Positions 38,154 through 46,905 of a stretch of DNA of 64,000 nucleotides are shown piece by piece. The notes beneath the pieces are model-generated. The model was given only the letters and a program-made list of their open reading frames with translations, was not told the origin of the DNA and did not search any database. Position 1 is the first letter of the stretch, and every line of letters starts with the position of its first letter. Both the position numbers and the translations under genes were made by a program. Source of the DNA: Alphaproteobacteria bacterium (lineage in GTDB: Bacteria; Pseudomonadota; Alphaproteobacteria; SHVV01); assembly GCA_965261735.1 (NCBI GenBank), contig OZ253470.1:1888001-1952000 (forward strand), written 5' to 3'.

Positions 38154-40712
38154 TCAGCCGCGGCGCAGGAAGGCCGGTATCTCCAGCAACTCCACTTTGT
38201 TGTCGTGGCCGTTGCCGCGCGGCGAGGCCAGGACCTGTTCCGGCTCTACGGACACATCATGGCCGCCGCCCGCGATGGTGATGCGCATGGCGTCATGATC
38301 GGCTGGGCCGGCGTCTCCGGCAGGCGGATCGATTGCTTCCGGCGCGGATTCTGGCGTTGGCGCGGCATCGCTGTTTTTGGCCGAGGCGAGGGCGGCGGCG
38401 CGGCGTACGGCCACGGTGGGAGCATCGATGCTCTCGACGACGGAATGAACGCGTGCGTTCATGGGCTGCTGTGCCTCCACCGGAACGGGATCGGTGTCAT
38501 TGTCCGCCGGAGCACTGGCCTCGGGATCCCTGGCTTGCGAGGTTTCGGCCTCGACGCCCGATGGATCGGGGCCATCATCTTCCGGCGCATCGCCCAACGG
38601 CGTGTCTGCCACAGCCGGTTGCGGTTCGGGGGCGGTTGTCCCCTCGTCACTCACCGTGCCTTCGTCATCGACGGTGCCGGTATCGAAGGCGCGGAAGCCC
38701 GGCGGCGTCCAGGCGATCGCCGCGGCGCGGCCCTCGGCCGTGACCCCGGCGGGCACGCCGCCGCCGTGGGCGAAGGCGTCCTGCATCGCCTTCGCGATGT
38801 CTGCCTTCTTCCGCTTGGCCTCGGCTTGCGCCCAGGTCTCGCCCAGCGTCTCGCGGGCGACGGCGAGGATGCGGTCCTTGCGCAGCCGCGACCACAGCAG
38901 ATCGGCGGTCCAGATCTGATCGCGGTTGCCCCGGACGGCTGCGGCGAAATCGATGCCGAGGCGGGCGACGGTCGCTTCGACCTCGGGCCGGGCCTTGGGT
39001 TCGAACGCCAGTTGACCCTTCAGCGTGCGCGCGACACAGGACGCGAACAGGGTCCGTTTGTCCCGTTCAGAAAGCGCCCGCAGCTCGGCGAAAGCCTCCG
39101 CATCGGGCAGGCCGGTCCAGTCGAGCTTTTGTCCGGCACGGTCGATCTCGAGGTGCTTCTCGCCGACATTGGTGTTGCCGAAAGCATCGTCGTTGACCCG
39201 CATCGCCGGACGGTCCGGCGTCTCGGCCGCCCTGATATCGAGTGCGTCGTCATGGTAGCCGTTGGTGAACACGCCGCGGGCAAGCTGGAACAGCAATAGA
39301 TCGAAGGCTGCCTCGAAGTCGCAGGCGAGTTGGCTCTTGACGATGGCCGTGCGGATGGCCCGCAAGTCGTCGGCAAGACCGATGCCGACGCCCGCTTCCT
39401 TGCGCGCCTCGGCTTCCGCATCGCCGGGCGAAGCGAGGGGAGCCCCAAGTGTGGGAGCGTCGATGCCGGAGATGGTGTTCTCCTCGTCGCCGGTATCGTC
39501 GTGTCCGGCCGCGTCCGCTTCGCCTGATTCGCGAGCGGGCATGTCCTCGGGCCTGACCAGGCCCTGGATCAGCTTGAGCTCGCCGTCGTTGCCGACGGTG
39601 ACGATGCACCCGGCGATGGCGATATCCTCGCGCCGGTAGACCGCGCGGGCCTCGATCGTGCCCTCGATCTCGTCGAGACGCGTCTCGTTGGCATCGGCTT
39701 CCTCGACCAATTCTTCGGTCCAGCCGTCGTCGTCCATGTTGGCGAGTTCGTCGTTGCGGGTCCTCAAGCGTTCGATCTCGGCCTTCTCCTCGTCCGTCGG
39801 CTCGGCCGGTTGCGGACGCACGCGCCCGAAGGCGGCGGTGGCGCTCCAGTCCATGTCGAGCCGCGCCTCTGCCCATTTCCAGCGAGTCTCCAGTTCCCTC
39901 GGCGCCGCCTGGAGGCTGTCCATGGCGAGCTTGTTCAACAGATCGGGATCGTCGAACCAGATCCCCCGCTCGTCCTCCTCGGCGAACAGATCGCGGTCGA
40001 TCTTGCCCCCCGCCGCCTCGTAAGCCTCAATGCCGACGAAACGCGCGATGGCGGATGTAGCGGCTACCCGGTCCTCGGTCAGTAGGCGCTTGATCTGCCA
40101 GGCGCCGGGCCGGTAGCCCTGTTGGCTCACCGTCTCCCAGACCGCGCTCTGGTGCGCCTGATCCGTGGTGACGGCGAAGGCCATCAACGTTTCCAGATCG
40201 ATCTCGCCCGCCCGGTAGGCCTCATGCAGCACCGGTGCGGCGTTGCCGAGCCGCAGGCGTTTCTCCACGGTGCGCTCCGAGACCCCGAAGCGCGCCGCGA
40301 TGGCGGCCGCCGTGCTGCCCGCATCGGCAAGGCGGCGGAACGCCTCGACCTGATCGGCCGGGTGCATGGCGGCGCGGACAGTGTTCTCGGCCAGCGAAAC
40401 TTCTTCGGCCGCCACGATACCGCCGATCATGCGGCAGGGCACGGGGTGGTCCTCGTCCAGCGCGCCCTCGGCGGCCAGCGCCTGCATCGCGGCCAGCCGC
40501 CGTCCGCCGGCGATCACCGCGTAGCGCCCGATACCGTCGTGGCCGGGTCCTATCGCGCTGGCAATCAGGTTCTCGAGCAGCCCGTGGGCTACGATCGAGG
40601 CCTTGAGCTCGGTGAAGGCTGAAGCGTCGGCCGGCGTCTTGCGCACATTGCCGGGAGAGAGTTCGAGTTGGGGCAGCGGGATGTCGCGGATTTCGCGTTC
40701 GGGGTCGGGCAT
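38154..40712 (-). CDS. ParB/RepB/Spo0J-family protein with long acidic tail
   Basis: NVRK, LKASIVAHGLLENL, AGGRRLAA, SLAEN..R..MHPADQ, HTH IAARFGVSERTV; GGAG RBS. Confidence 0.88.
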   Translation of the reverse strand: MPDPEREIRDIPLPQLELSPGNVRKTPADASAFTELKASIVAHGLLENLIASAIGPGHDGIGRYAVIAGGRRLAAMQALAAEGALDEDHPVPCRMIGGIVAAEEVSLAENTVRAAMHPADQVEAFRRLADAGSTAAAIAARFGVSERTVEKRLRLGNAAPVLHEAYRAGEIDLETLMAFAVTTDQAHQSAVWETVSQQGYRPGAWQIKRLLTEDRVAATSAIARFVGIEAYEAAGGKIDRDLFAEEDERGIWFDDPDLLNKLAMDSLQAAPRELETRWKWAEARLDMDWSATAAFGRVRPQPAEPTDEEKAEIERLRTRNDELANMDDDGWTEELVEEADANETRLDEIEGTIEARAVYRREDIAIAGCIVTVGNDGELKLIQGLVRPEDMPARESGEADAAGHDDTGDEENTISGIDAPTLGAPLASPGDAEAEARKEAGVGIGLADDLRAIRTAIVKSQLACDFEAAFDLLLFQLARGVFTNGYHDDALDIRAAETPDRPAMRVNDDAFGNTNVGEKHLEIDRAGQKLDWTGLPDAEAFAELRALSERDKRTLFASCVARTLKGQLAFEPKARPEVEATVARLGIDFAAAVRGNRDQIWTADLLWSRLRKDRILAVARETLGETWAQAEAKRKKADIAKAMQDAFAHGGGVPAGVTAEGRAAAIAWTPPGFRAFDTGTVDDEGTVSDEGTTAPEPQPAVADTPLGDAPEDDGPDPSGVEAETSQARDPEASAPADNDTDPVPVEAQQPMNARVHSVVESIDAPTVAVRRAAALASAKNSDAAPTPESAPEAIDPPAGDAGPADHDAMRITIAGGGHDVSVEPEQVLASPRGNGHDNKVELLEIPAFLRRG

Positions 40713-41322
40713 ATCGGTCTCCGGGATTGCGTGAATGCGGAACCGGGCGGGGACACCCTCTTCGGCATCCGCCCTCGCCCGCCTTCGGCTCAAGCTCTCG
40801 CTCTCGGCGATGTAACGGAACCGGATGGGGCCGGAACGGCTGGGCCGTGCAAGGACGGTTGAATCGATCCCCGCCGCTACTGCGTCGGGCAGGTCACCAT
40901 GGGCAAGCGCGGCGCCAGTTCGATACCCGCCACGCGCCATCGGGATGGCGGCAGGCGCTGCCGTGTGCTTGCCCGGTGCCGCCCGCCGGCGCTCACGGTG
41001 AGCTGATGTTCCCTGTAGTAGATTCCGCCGGCCGATCTGTCAGTGTGGGTCGGCGTAATCGCGCCTGCGTTGCCGGTATTGGGATTGTGCCAGCGCGAGG
41101 GCGCCCGGCTTGGACGGGTCTCCAGCGCCGCTTGCCGTGTTCGAGCCGCATAAAGCTTGTCGAGCGAGGCGTCGATCCCGCTGCCGGGAAACAACCCCGC
41201 CATGGTTCCCGCCACCGTGGTCGCGATCCCGAGCTTTCTGGCCGTGAATCCGTACACGCCCCCAGCGATACCGCCGAGCCCCCGCGCCGGCCATCCGCTT
41301 CACCCCATGATCGCCGGACTGT

Positions 41323-41701
41323 TGTTAAGCGTGGAAAATTGACCCCCTATTGGAGTGCGCCCCTGGACCCGGACAGGTGATGTATAAGGAGTTAACCGGG
41401 GACGCCGGGCTTTCAGAGGATGAAAGCCATGGCAAAGCACCGCACATACAGTATCGAATTCAAGCGGCAGGTGGCGCAGGAGTTTCTCGCCGGGGAGAGC
41501 CTTCACGGGCTCTCCCGGCGCCACGACGTCTCGCGTAACTTGATCCGTGTCTGGGTGGCGAAGCTGGAAGCCGGCACCTACGACGAAGATGCCGAGGCTG
41601 CCGATCTCCTGCAGGAATACGAGGCGAAAACCGCAGCCTGATCTTGTCCACCCTCAGGGGCGCACTCCAGATCGGGGGTCAATATTGAAAGCCGTTTGAC
41701 A
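41323..41701. mobile_element. IS21-like terminal-repeat shell without transposase
   Basis: TGTTAAGCGTGGAAAATTGACCCCC on the left and GGGGGTCAATATTGAAAGCCGTTTGACA on the right. Confidence 0.6.
41351..41669 (+). mobile_element. Internally deleted IS3-family element with orfA remnant (41429-41641)
   Basis: IRs TGGAGTGCGCCCCTG and CAGGGGCGCACTCCA; MAKHRTYSIEFKRQVAQE...HDVSRNLIRVW. Confidence 0.85.
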
Positions 41702-41765
41702 TGCTGGACGACGGATATCGCACCCATAATGAGCAATGGGCGCAAATCGCGCTGTCCCATGGCTT
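41702..41765 (-). pseudogene. IS110 transposase fragment
   Basis: MGQRDLRPLLIMGAISVVQH resembles the IS110 KxGxxxxRxLLxxGA segment. Confidence 0.55.
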
Positions 41766-41974
41766 GGTGACGTTGCATGTCACCAAGCCGTAATCCGAGT
41801 CAGATCTTCCGGGCGCGACCGTCGGGGCACCGCTCCCGACCGCGCAGGCACTACTAATAACCTGGCCCGCATGGGCCGGAGCGCATTGGCCTGGATCTGG
41901 TGGTACGGACTTGACTACCCGGCCACTAATCCAACCAAATCAGACTAAACCCAGCGAAACAAGCATCATTTCCG

Positions 41975-42003
41975 TTTACTCCGGGTCGATTGGGTGAGAT
42001 ACT
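41975..42003 (+). promoter_or_regulatory. Candidate sigma70 promoter for the HTH-Dcm-DISARM operon
   Basis: TTTACT-17 nt-GATACT with an extended TG, downstream of 10-bp-phased A-rich repeats (41926-41962). Confidence 0.4.
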
Positions 42004-42041
42004 CAACTCTTAAATTAGGCTGCCTGTTGAAAGGCCGCACC

Positions 42042-42293
42042 ATGTCCGACCGCTGGGTCTCCGTCGAGGAGATCGCTGAGTATCTCGGTGTCAGCAAAGA
42101 CACGGTCTATGGGTGGATCGCGAAGAAAGACATGCCGGCCCATAAGGTCGGGAGGCTTTGGAAGTTCAAGACCGACGAAGTCGATGACTGGGTAAGGCAC
42201 GGAAAAGCATCGGAGGATCACAAGGGAAGCGAGGCGGCCGAGCCCATTCCACAGAAGGGGAAGCATGCGCGAGGAGAGAAAGCGGATGGCTGA
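42042..42293 (+). CDS. Excisionase-like (HTH_17) DNA-binding protein
   Basis: RWVSVEEIAEYLGVSKDTVYGWI..MPAHKVGRLWKF..EVDDW. Confidence 0.88.
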   Translation: MSDRWVSVEEIAEYLGVSKDTVYGWIAKKDMPAHKVGRLWKFKTDEVDDWVRHGKASEDHKGSEAAEPIPQKGKHARGEKADG

Positions 42294-43383
42294 TGTCGCG
42301 TGCGTCGATCTTTTCTGTGGGGCTGGGGGCCTCACCCATGGCCTAATTTCGGAAGGCATCAAGGTCGTCGCGGGCATAGACGTCGATGAAGCATGCCGTC
42401 ATCCCTTCGAAGCCAACAACGCAGCGCGATTCATCAATGAAGACGTCGGGCGCCTAGCTCCGAAGCGCCTCAACGAGTTGTTCGGTGCTGCTGAAATCCG
42501 AGTACTCGCCGGCTGCGCCCCCTGCCAGCCATTCTCTACCTATGCCCAGCGCTACGATGTCGTTGGGAGCCCCCGTTGGGGCCTGCTCTACCAGTTCGGA
42601 CACCTGATTAAAGCTACACGTCCAGACCTGGTCACGATGGAGAATGTTCCGTCGGTGGCCAAGCACGCGGTGTTCGACGATTTCGTCGAGACGCTGCAGA
42701 AAATGGGATACCACGTCCACCACGGGGTGGTTGATTGCTCCCTTTATGGGCTGCCGCAGAACCGGCGACGCATGGTGCTGCTCGCCTCCCGCCTCGGTTC
42801 CATCGAACTGGTCGCCCCGACACATGCTCGCCCGACGACCGTTCGCGCGGCGATCGGCAAACTCGCGCTGATCGCTCAGGGTGGGGCCCATGCTAAGGAT
42901 CCGCTGCATACCGCGTCCAAGCTCTCCGACCTGAATCTTGAAAGAATTTGTGCCTCCCGACCGGGCGGTACATGGCGGGACTGGCCCAAGCATCTCGTCG
43001 CCGACTGCCATCGGCGTGAGACGGGCCATACCTATCCGGGCGTCTATGGCCGGATGGTATGGGATGAGCCCGCTCCGACTTTGACGACCCAGTTCTACGG
43101 CTTCGGGAACGGCCGGTTCGGACATCCCGAACAGGATCGCGCCATCTCCCTGCGAGAAGGGGCAATTCTTCAAGGCTTCCCCAAGTCCTATTCCTTCATA
43201 CCCGACGGGGCTCCCGTTCATTTTAAGGCCTTGGGGCGGATGATCGGGAACGCGGTACCGGTCAGGCTCGGTAAGGTGATCGGCCAAAGCATCGCGACTC
43301 ATCTCAGTATCGATTCCGAGAAGACGAAAGGAAAGATGAAGGGAGACGTCGCGAATGTCGCGCGTAAGTCCCTCGTCGCATGA
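42286..43383 (+). CDS. dcm: DNA (cytosine-5) methyltransferase
   Basis: DLFCGAGG, catalytic PCQPFS, ENV, QNRRR, IGNAVP. Confidence 0.92.
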   Translation: MADVACVDLFCGAGGLTHGLISEGIKVVAGIDVDEACRHPFEANNAARFINEDVGRLAPKRLNELFGAAEIRVLAGCAPCQPFSTYAQRYDVVGSPRWGLLYQFGHLIKATRPDLVTMENVPSVAKHAVFDDFVETLQKMGYHVHHGVVDCSLYGLPQNRRRMVLLASRLGSIELVAPTHARPTTVRAAIGKLALIAQGGAHAKDPLHTASKLSDLNLERICASRPGGTWRDWPKHLVADCHRRETGHTYPGVYGRMVWDEPAPTLTTQFYGFGNGRFGHPEQDRAISLREGAILQGFPKSYSFIPDGAPVHFKALGRMIGNAVPVRLGKVIGQSIATHLSIDSEKTKGKMKGDVANVARKSLVA

Positions 43384-43795
43384 GGCCAGCCGTCGAATGG
43401 CCCGCGTGCGGCAGAAAGGCACGCGAGCGGAGATCGACCTTCGCAAAGTTCTGTATGCCAGGGGCCTGCGCTATCGCCTGCAGGTGGCGTTGCTGAAGAA
43501 CCCCCGACGCGTCGCGGATATCGTCTTCTCCAGTGCGCGGATAGCCGTGTTCGTCGACGGATGCTTCTGGCATGGCTGTTCCGAGCACGCTTCGTGGCCA
43601 AAGAGCAATGCCAATTTCTGGCGCGAAAAGATCGAAACCAATCGGTCGAGGGATGCCGATACCGATCGGAGGCTTGATGCCCTTGGTTGGAAGGTCGTCC
43701 GGATCTGGGAACACGAAGACGCCAGCGAAGCCGCGAACCGCATCGCCGAGCTAGTCGACGCACGCAAGAAGAATGGGACTGGCCAATGTCGATGA
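43355..43795 (+). CDS. vsr: Very-short-patch repair endonuclease
   Basis: MARVRQKGT, DIVF, FVDGCFWHGC, N..FWREK, GWKVVRIWEHE. Confidence 0.93.
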   Translation: MSRVSPSSHEASRRMARVRQKGTRAEIDLRKVLYARGLRYRLQVALLKNPRRVADIVFSSARIAVFVDGCFWHGCSEHASWPKSNANFWREKIETNRSRDADTDRRLDALGWKVVRIWEHEDASEAANRIAELVDARKKNGTGQCR

Positions 43796-46700
43796 CCGCG
43801 GATGAAATGGTGGCCGAGGTCGCTCACGCGACTGCCCCCGAGCCGGGCCAGCTGGTCGAGGCTCGTCGCCGCCAATGGATAGTCTCCGAGGTCGATGGAG
43901 GTTCGGTTGCACCCGGACTCCCCAAGTGGCATCTCGTCCGCTTGGCTTCAATCGACGAGGACGCGCTGGGCGAAGAAATCGAAGTTCTCTGGGAGCTCGA
44001 GCCGGGGGCGCATGTTATCGAGCGGGCCGGGCTGCCGCGCATGACCGGGCTGGATGACCCCTCGACGCTTCAAGCCTTCCTCGATGCGGTGGTTTGGGGC
44101 GCTGCAACGAACGCGGATCGCGGCTATCTGCAGGCACCATTCCGCAGCGGCGTCAGCATAGAGGACTACCAGCTGGACCCGCTCGTGCGCGCGATCGACA
44201 TGGCGCGCACCAATCTGCTGATCGCCGACGACGTCGGCCTCGGGAAAACCATTGAGGCCGGACTCGTCGTTCAAGAGATGCTGCTGCGGCATCGTGCCCG
44301 CACCGTTCTCGTGCTTTGCCCGGCCTCGTTGCAGGAAAAGTGGCGCGTCGAGATGCAGGAGAAGTTCGGGCTCGAGTTCCGGATCGTCGACACGGAATAC
44401 GTCAAGCGCCTGCGCCGGGAAAGGGGCCTGCACGCCAATCCGTGGACGTCTTTTCCCCGCCTGATCACTTCGATGGACTGGGCCAAGCAAGGCGAAGGCC
44501 TCCGTCTCCTGCGCGATGCGCTGCCTCCGCACGTGAGCCATCCCCGAAAGTTTGACCTGTTGATCATCGATGAGGCCCATAACGTCGCCCCCACTGTCGG
44601 CCGTTATGCTGTCGAAAGCCTCAGGACACGGCTGGTCCGTCTGGCCGCGCCACACTTCCAGCACAAGCTGTTTCTCACCGCCACGCCGCACGACGGTTAC
44701 ATAGAATCCTTCACCGCTCTGCTCGAGCTCCTAGATGATCAACGGTTCGCGAGAAACGTCCTCCCAAGCGACCCGCAGCTCGCCCGGGTCATGGTCCGCC
44801 GGCTGAAGAGCGATCTCGTCGATGCGAATGGCAAGCGCATCTACCCCGAGAGGCGCCTGGAAGTGCTGCAGATCGATTATTCGGATGAAGAGAGGGATGC
44901 TCGGCGGCAGCTCGAAGCATACATCAAGAGTCGCGAAAGCGGGGCTGATGGTGGGCGTGCCGTCGATCACTTCGTGCACCAATTGCTGCGCAAGCGCCTC
45001 TCATCGTCTCCCGCGGCATTCGCAGCCACGCTGGAACGGCATATCGCGACGATCGAAGGTCGGGCGTCGAGCCAGCGCAGCCAGAAGAAATTCGATGATC
45101 GTATCCTTCGGCGGGCGATAGCGAAGACCGAAGAGGACTACGCAGACGACGCCCAGCGGGACGCCGCCGAAGCAGAAGCTATCGAGGAAGCCGGGAAATA
45201 CGTTCGACCGCCAACCGACGAAGAACGCCAGATGCTCGACCGGTTGCGCTCATGGGCCCAGCAGGCGGCTCGCCGAACGGATGCCAAGGCCAGTGCTTTG
45301 CTGGACTGGCTTGCCAAGCACCTAAAGGACGGTGACCGCTGGACGAACGAACGGGTGATCCTGTTCACCGAATACCGCGCCACTCAGCAATGGATGCAAG
45401 AGATCCTCGCCGCCCAAGGTTTCGGGGCTGAGCGACTGGCTCTGATATACGGCGGCATGGATCCGAAGGAGCGCGAGGCCGTGAAAGCCGCGTTCCAGGC
45501 CAATCCCTCGGAATCCCCTGTGAGGATCCTCTTAGCGACGGACGCTGCGTCGGAGGGAATCGATCTCCAGAACCATTGCCACCTGATGATCCACCTCGAA
45601 ATTCCCTACAACCCAAACGTGATGGAGCAGCGGAACGGCCGTATCGACCGGCACGGTCAACGCGCCAGCGAGGTCGTCATCTGGCACCCGGTGGACGCCG
45701 AGGGTGGCCACGGAGACGACATCCTGCGTGCCCTCCGGAAGCTGGATGCGATGCGTGCCGACATGGGGAGCGTCAACCCGGTCATCGCGCCTCAACTGCC
45801 AGACCTACTCGAGGGTCGCCGCCGCGAACTCGACACGCGACAGGCCGAGGCCCGGATTGAGAAGTCTCGTCGTTTTGTGAAGGCCGAGCGCGATCTTCGC
45901 GATCGTGTTGCCAAACTCCATGAGCGGCTGAACGAGACTCGGCGCGAGCAGAGTTTGGTGCCCGATAACATCGAACGGGCCGTGCGTACCGCCCTGCGTC
46001 TCGCCGACAAGCCCGACTTGGAACCCGTCTCCCTATCGGGAACACCGGATGGGACCGTCTTTCGTATGCCGCCCTTGTCGGGGTCATGGTCCCGATGCCT
46101 GGAGGGGCTCGAACATCCCTATACCCAGAAGATACGCCCCATCACCTTCGACCACGATGTCGCCAAGGGACGTGACGACGTGGTTCTCGTCCATCTGAAC
46201 CACCGTCTGGTCCAAATGAGCCTCCGCCTCCTGCGTGCGGAAATCTGGGCGCGAGACGACGTGAAGAAGCTGCACCGTTTCACCGTTCGCTCGTTACCGG
46301 ATGGGCGGATCGAGGGACCGGCGGTGGTCGTGATGTCGCGGCTGGTCGTGACCGGCGGGAACCATCACCGTCTGCACGAGGAACTCACCGAGGCTGGGGG
46401 GTATCTCCGCGATACCGGCTTCCGGCGGGAGGACAGGGTTACGGAGGTCCGCCGCTGGCTCAAGGAATCGCAACCCGCAGCCCTGTCGGATTCGACGTTC
46501 GACGCCTTGCGGACCCGCTTCGATAAGCAGCGTGATTCCGTTCTGGCCGCCGTCGAGGCGCGCTCGAAGGACCGATTGCGCTTCCTCGTGAACACGATCG
46601 ATACCCGGAAGCGCAAGGAGGCCGACGACATCCGCCAGGTACTGGACGATCTCGAACGAGCGCTGAAGACCGAGATCGCCGCAGAACAGCAACCCTTGCA

Positions 46701-46905
46701 GCTTTCTCTGTTCTCCGAAGACGAACGCAGCCAGCTCAAGCGTGACCGGGCGGCCCTCGAAGCGCGCCTGGCCAGAATCCCGAAGGAGCGCGAGCAGGAA
46801 CTGCGCGCGATCGAGGAACGGCACTCCAATGCCGTCGAGCATACCTTCCCAGTGGCCGTCATTCTGTTGGTGCCAAACTCCCTCGCGACGGAGAAGCGCG
46901 GATGA
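43792..46905 (+). CDS. drmD: DISARM SNF2-family helicase DrmD
   Basis: DYQLDP, IADDVGLGKT, IIDEAH, TATPH, TDAASEGIDLQ, EQRNGRIDR; operon context. Alternative start at 43786. Confidence 0.9.
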   Translation: MTADEMVAEVAHATAPEPGQLVEARRRQWIVSEVDGGSVAPGLPKWHLVRLASIDEDALGEEIEVLWELEPGAHVIERAGLPRMTGLDDPSTLQAFLDAVVWGAATNADRGYLQAPFRSGVSIEDYQLDPLVRAIDMARTNLLIADDVGLGKTIEAGLVVQEMLLRHRARTVLVLCPASLQEKWRVEMQEKFGLEFRIVDTEYVKRLRRERGLHANPWTSFPRLITSMDWAKQGEGLRLLRDALPPHVSHPRKFDLLIIDEAHNVAPTVGRYAVESLRTRLVRLAAPHFQHKLFLTATPHDGYIESFTALLELLDDQRFARNVLPSDPQLARVMVRRLKSDLVDANGKRIYPERRLEVLQIDYSDEERDARRQLEAYIKSRESGADGGRAVDHFVHQLLRKRLSSSPAAFAATLERHIATIEGRASSQRSQKKFDDRILRRAIAKTEEDYADDAQRDAAEAEAIEEAGKYVRPPTDEERQMLDRLRSWAQQAARRTDAKASALLDWLAKHLKDGDRWTNERVILFTEYRATQQWMQEILAAQGFGAERLALIYGGMDPKEREAVKAAFQANPSESPVRILLATDAASEGIDLQNHCHLMIHLEIPYNPNVMEQRNGRIDRHGQRASEVVIWHPVDAEGGHGDDILRALRKLDAMRADMGSVNPVIAPQLPDLLEGRRRELDTRQAEARIEKSRRFVKAERDLRDRVAKLHERLNETRREQSLVPDNIERAVRTALRLADKPDLEPVSLSGTPDGTVFRMPPLSGSWSRCLEGLEHPYTQKIRPITFDHDVAKGRDDVVLVHLNHRLVQMSLRLLRAEIWARDDVKKLHRFTVRSLPDGRIEGPAVVVMSRLVVTGGNHHRLHEELTEAGGYLRDTGFRREDRVTEVRRWLKESQPAALSDSTFDALRTRFDKQRDSVLAAVEARSKDRLRFLVNTIDTRKRKEADDIRQVLDDLERALKTEIAAEQQPLQLSLFSEDERSQLKRDRAALEARLARIPKEREQELRAIEERHSNAVEHTFPVAVILLVPNSLATEKRG

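Noticed and set aside
40877-41257. 126-aa minus-strand ORF upstream of the ParB gene
   Set aside because: No recognisable motif or clear RBS; may be a remnant cut by the IS scar.
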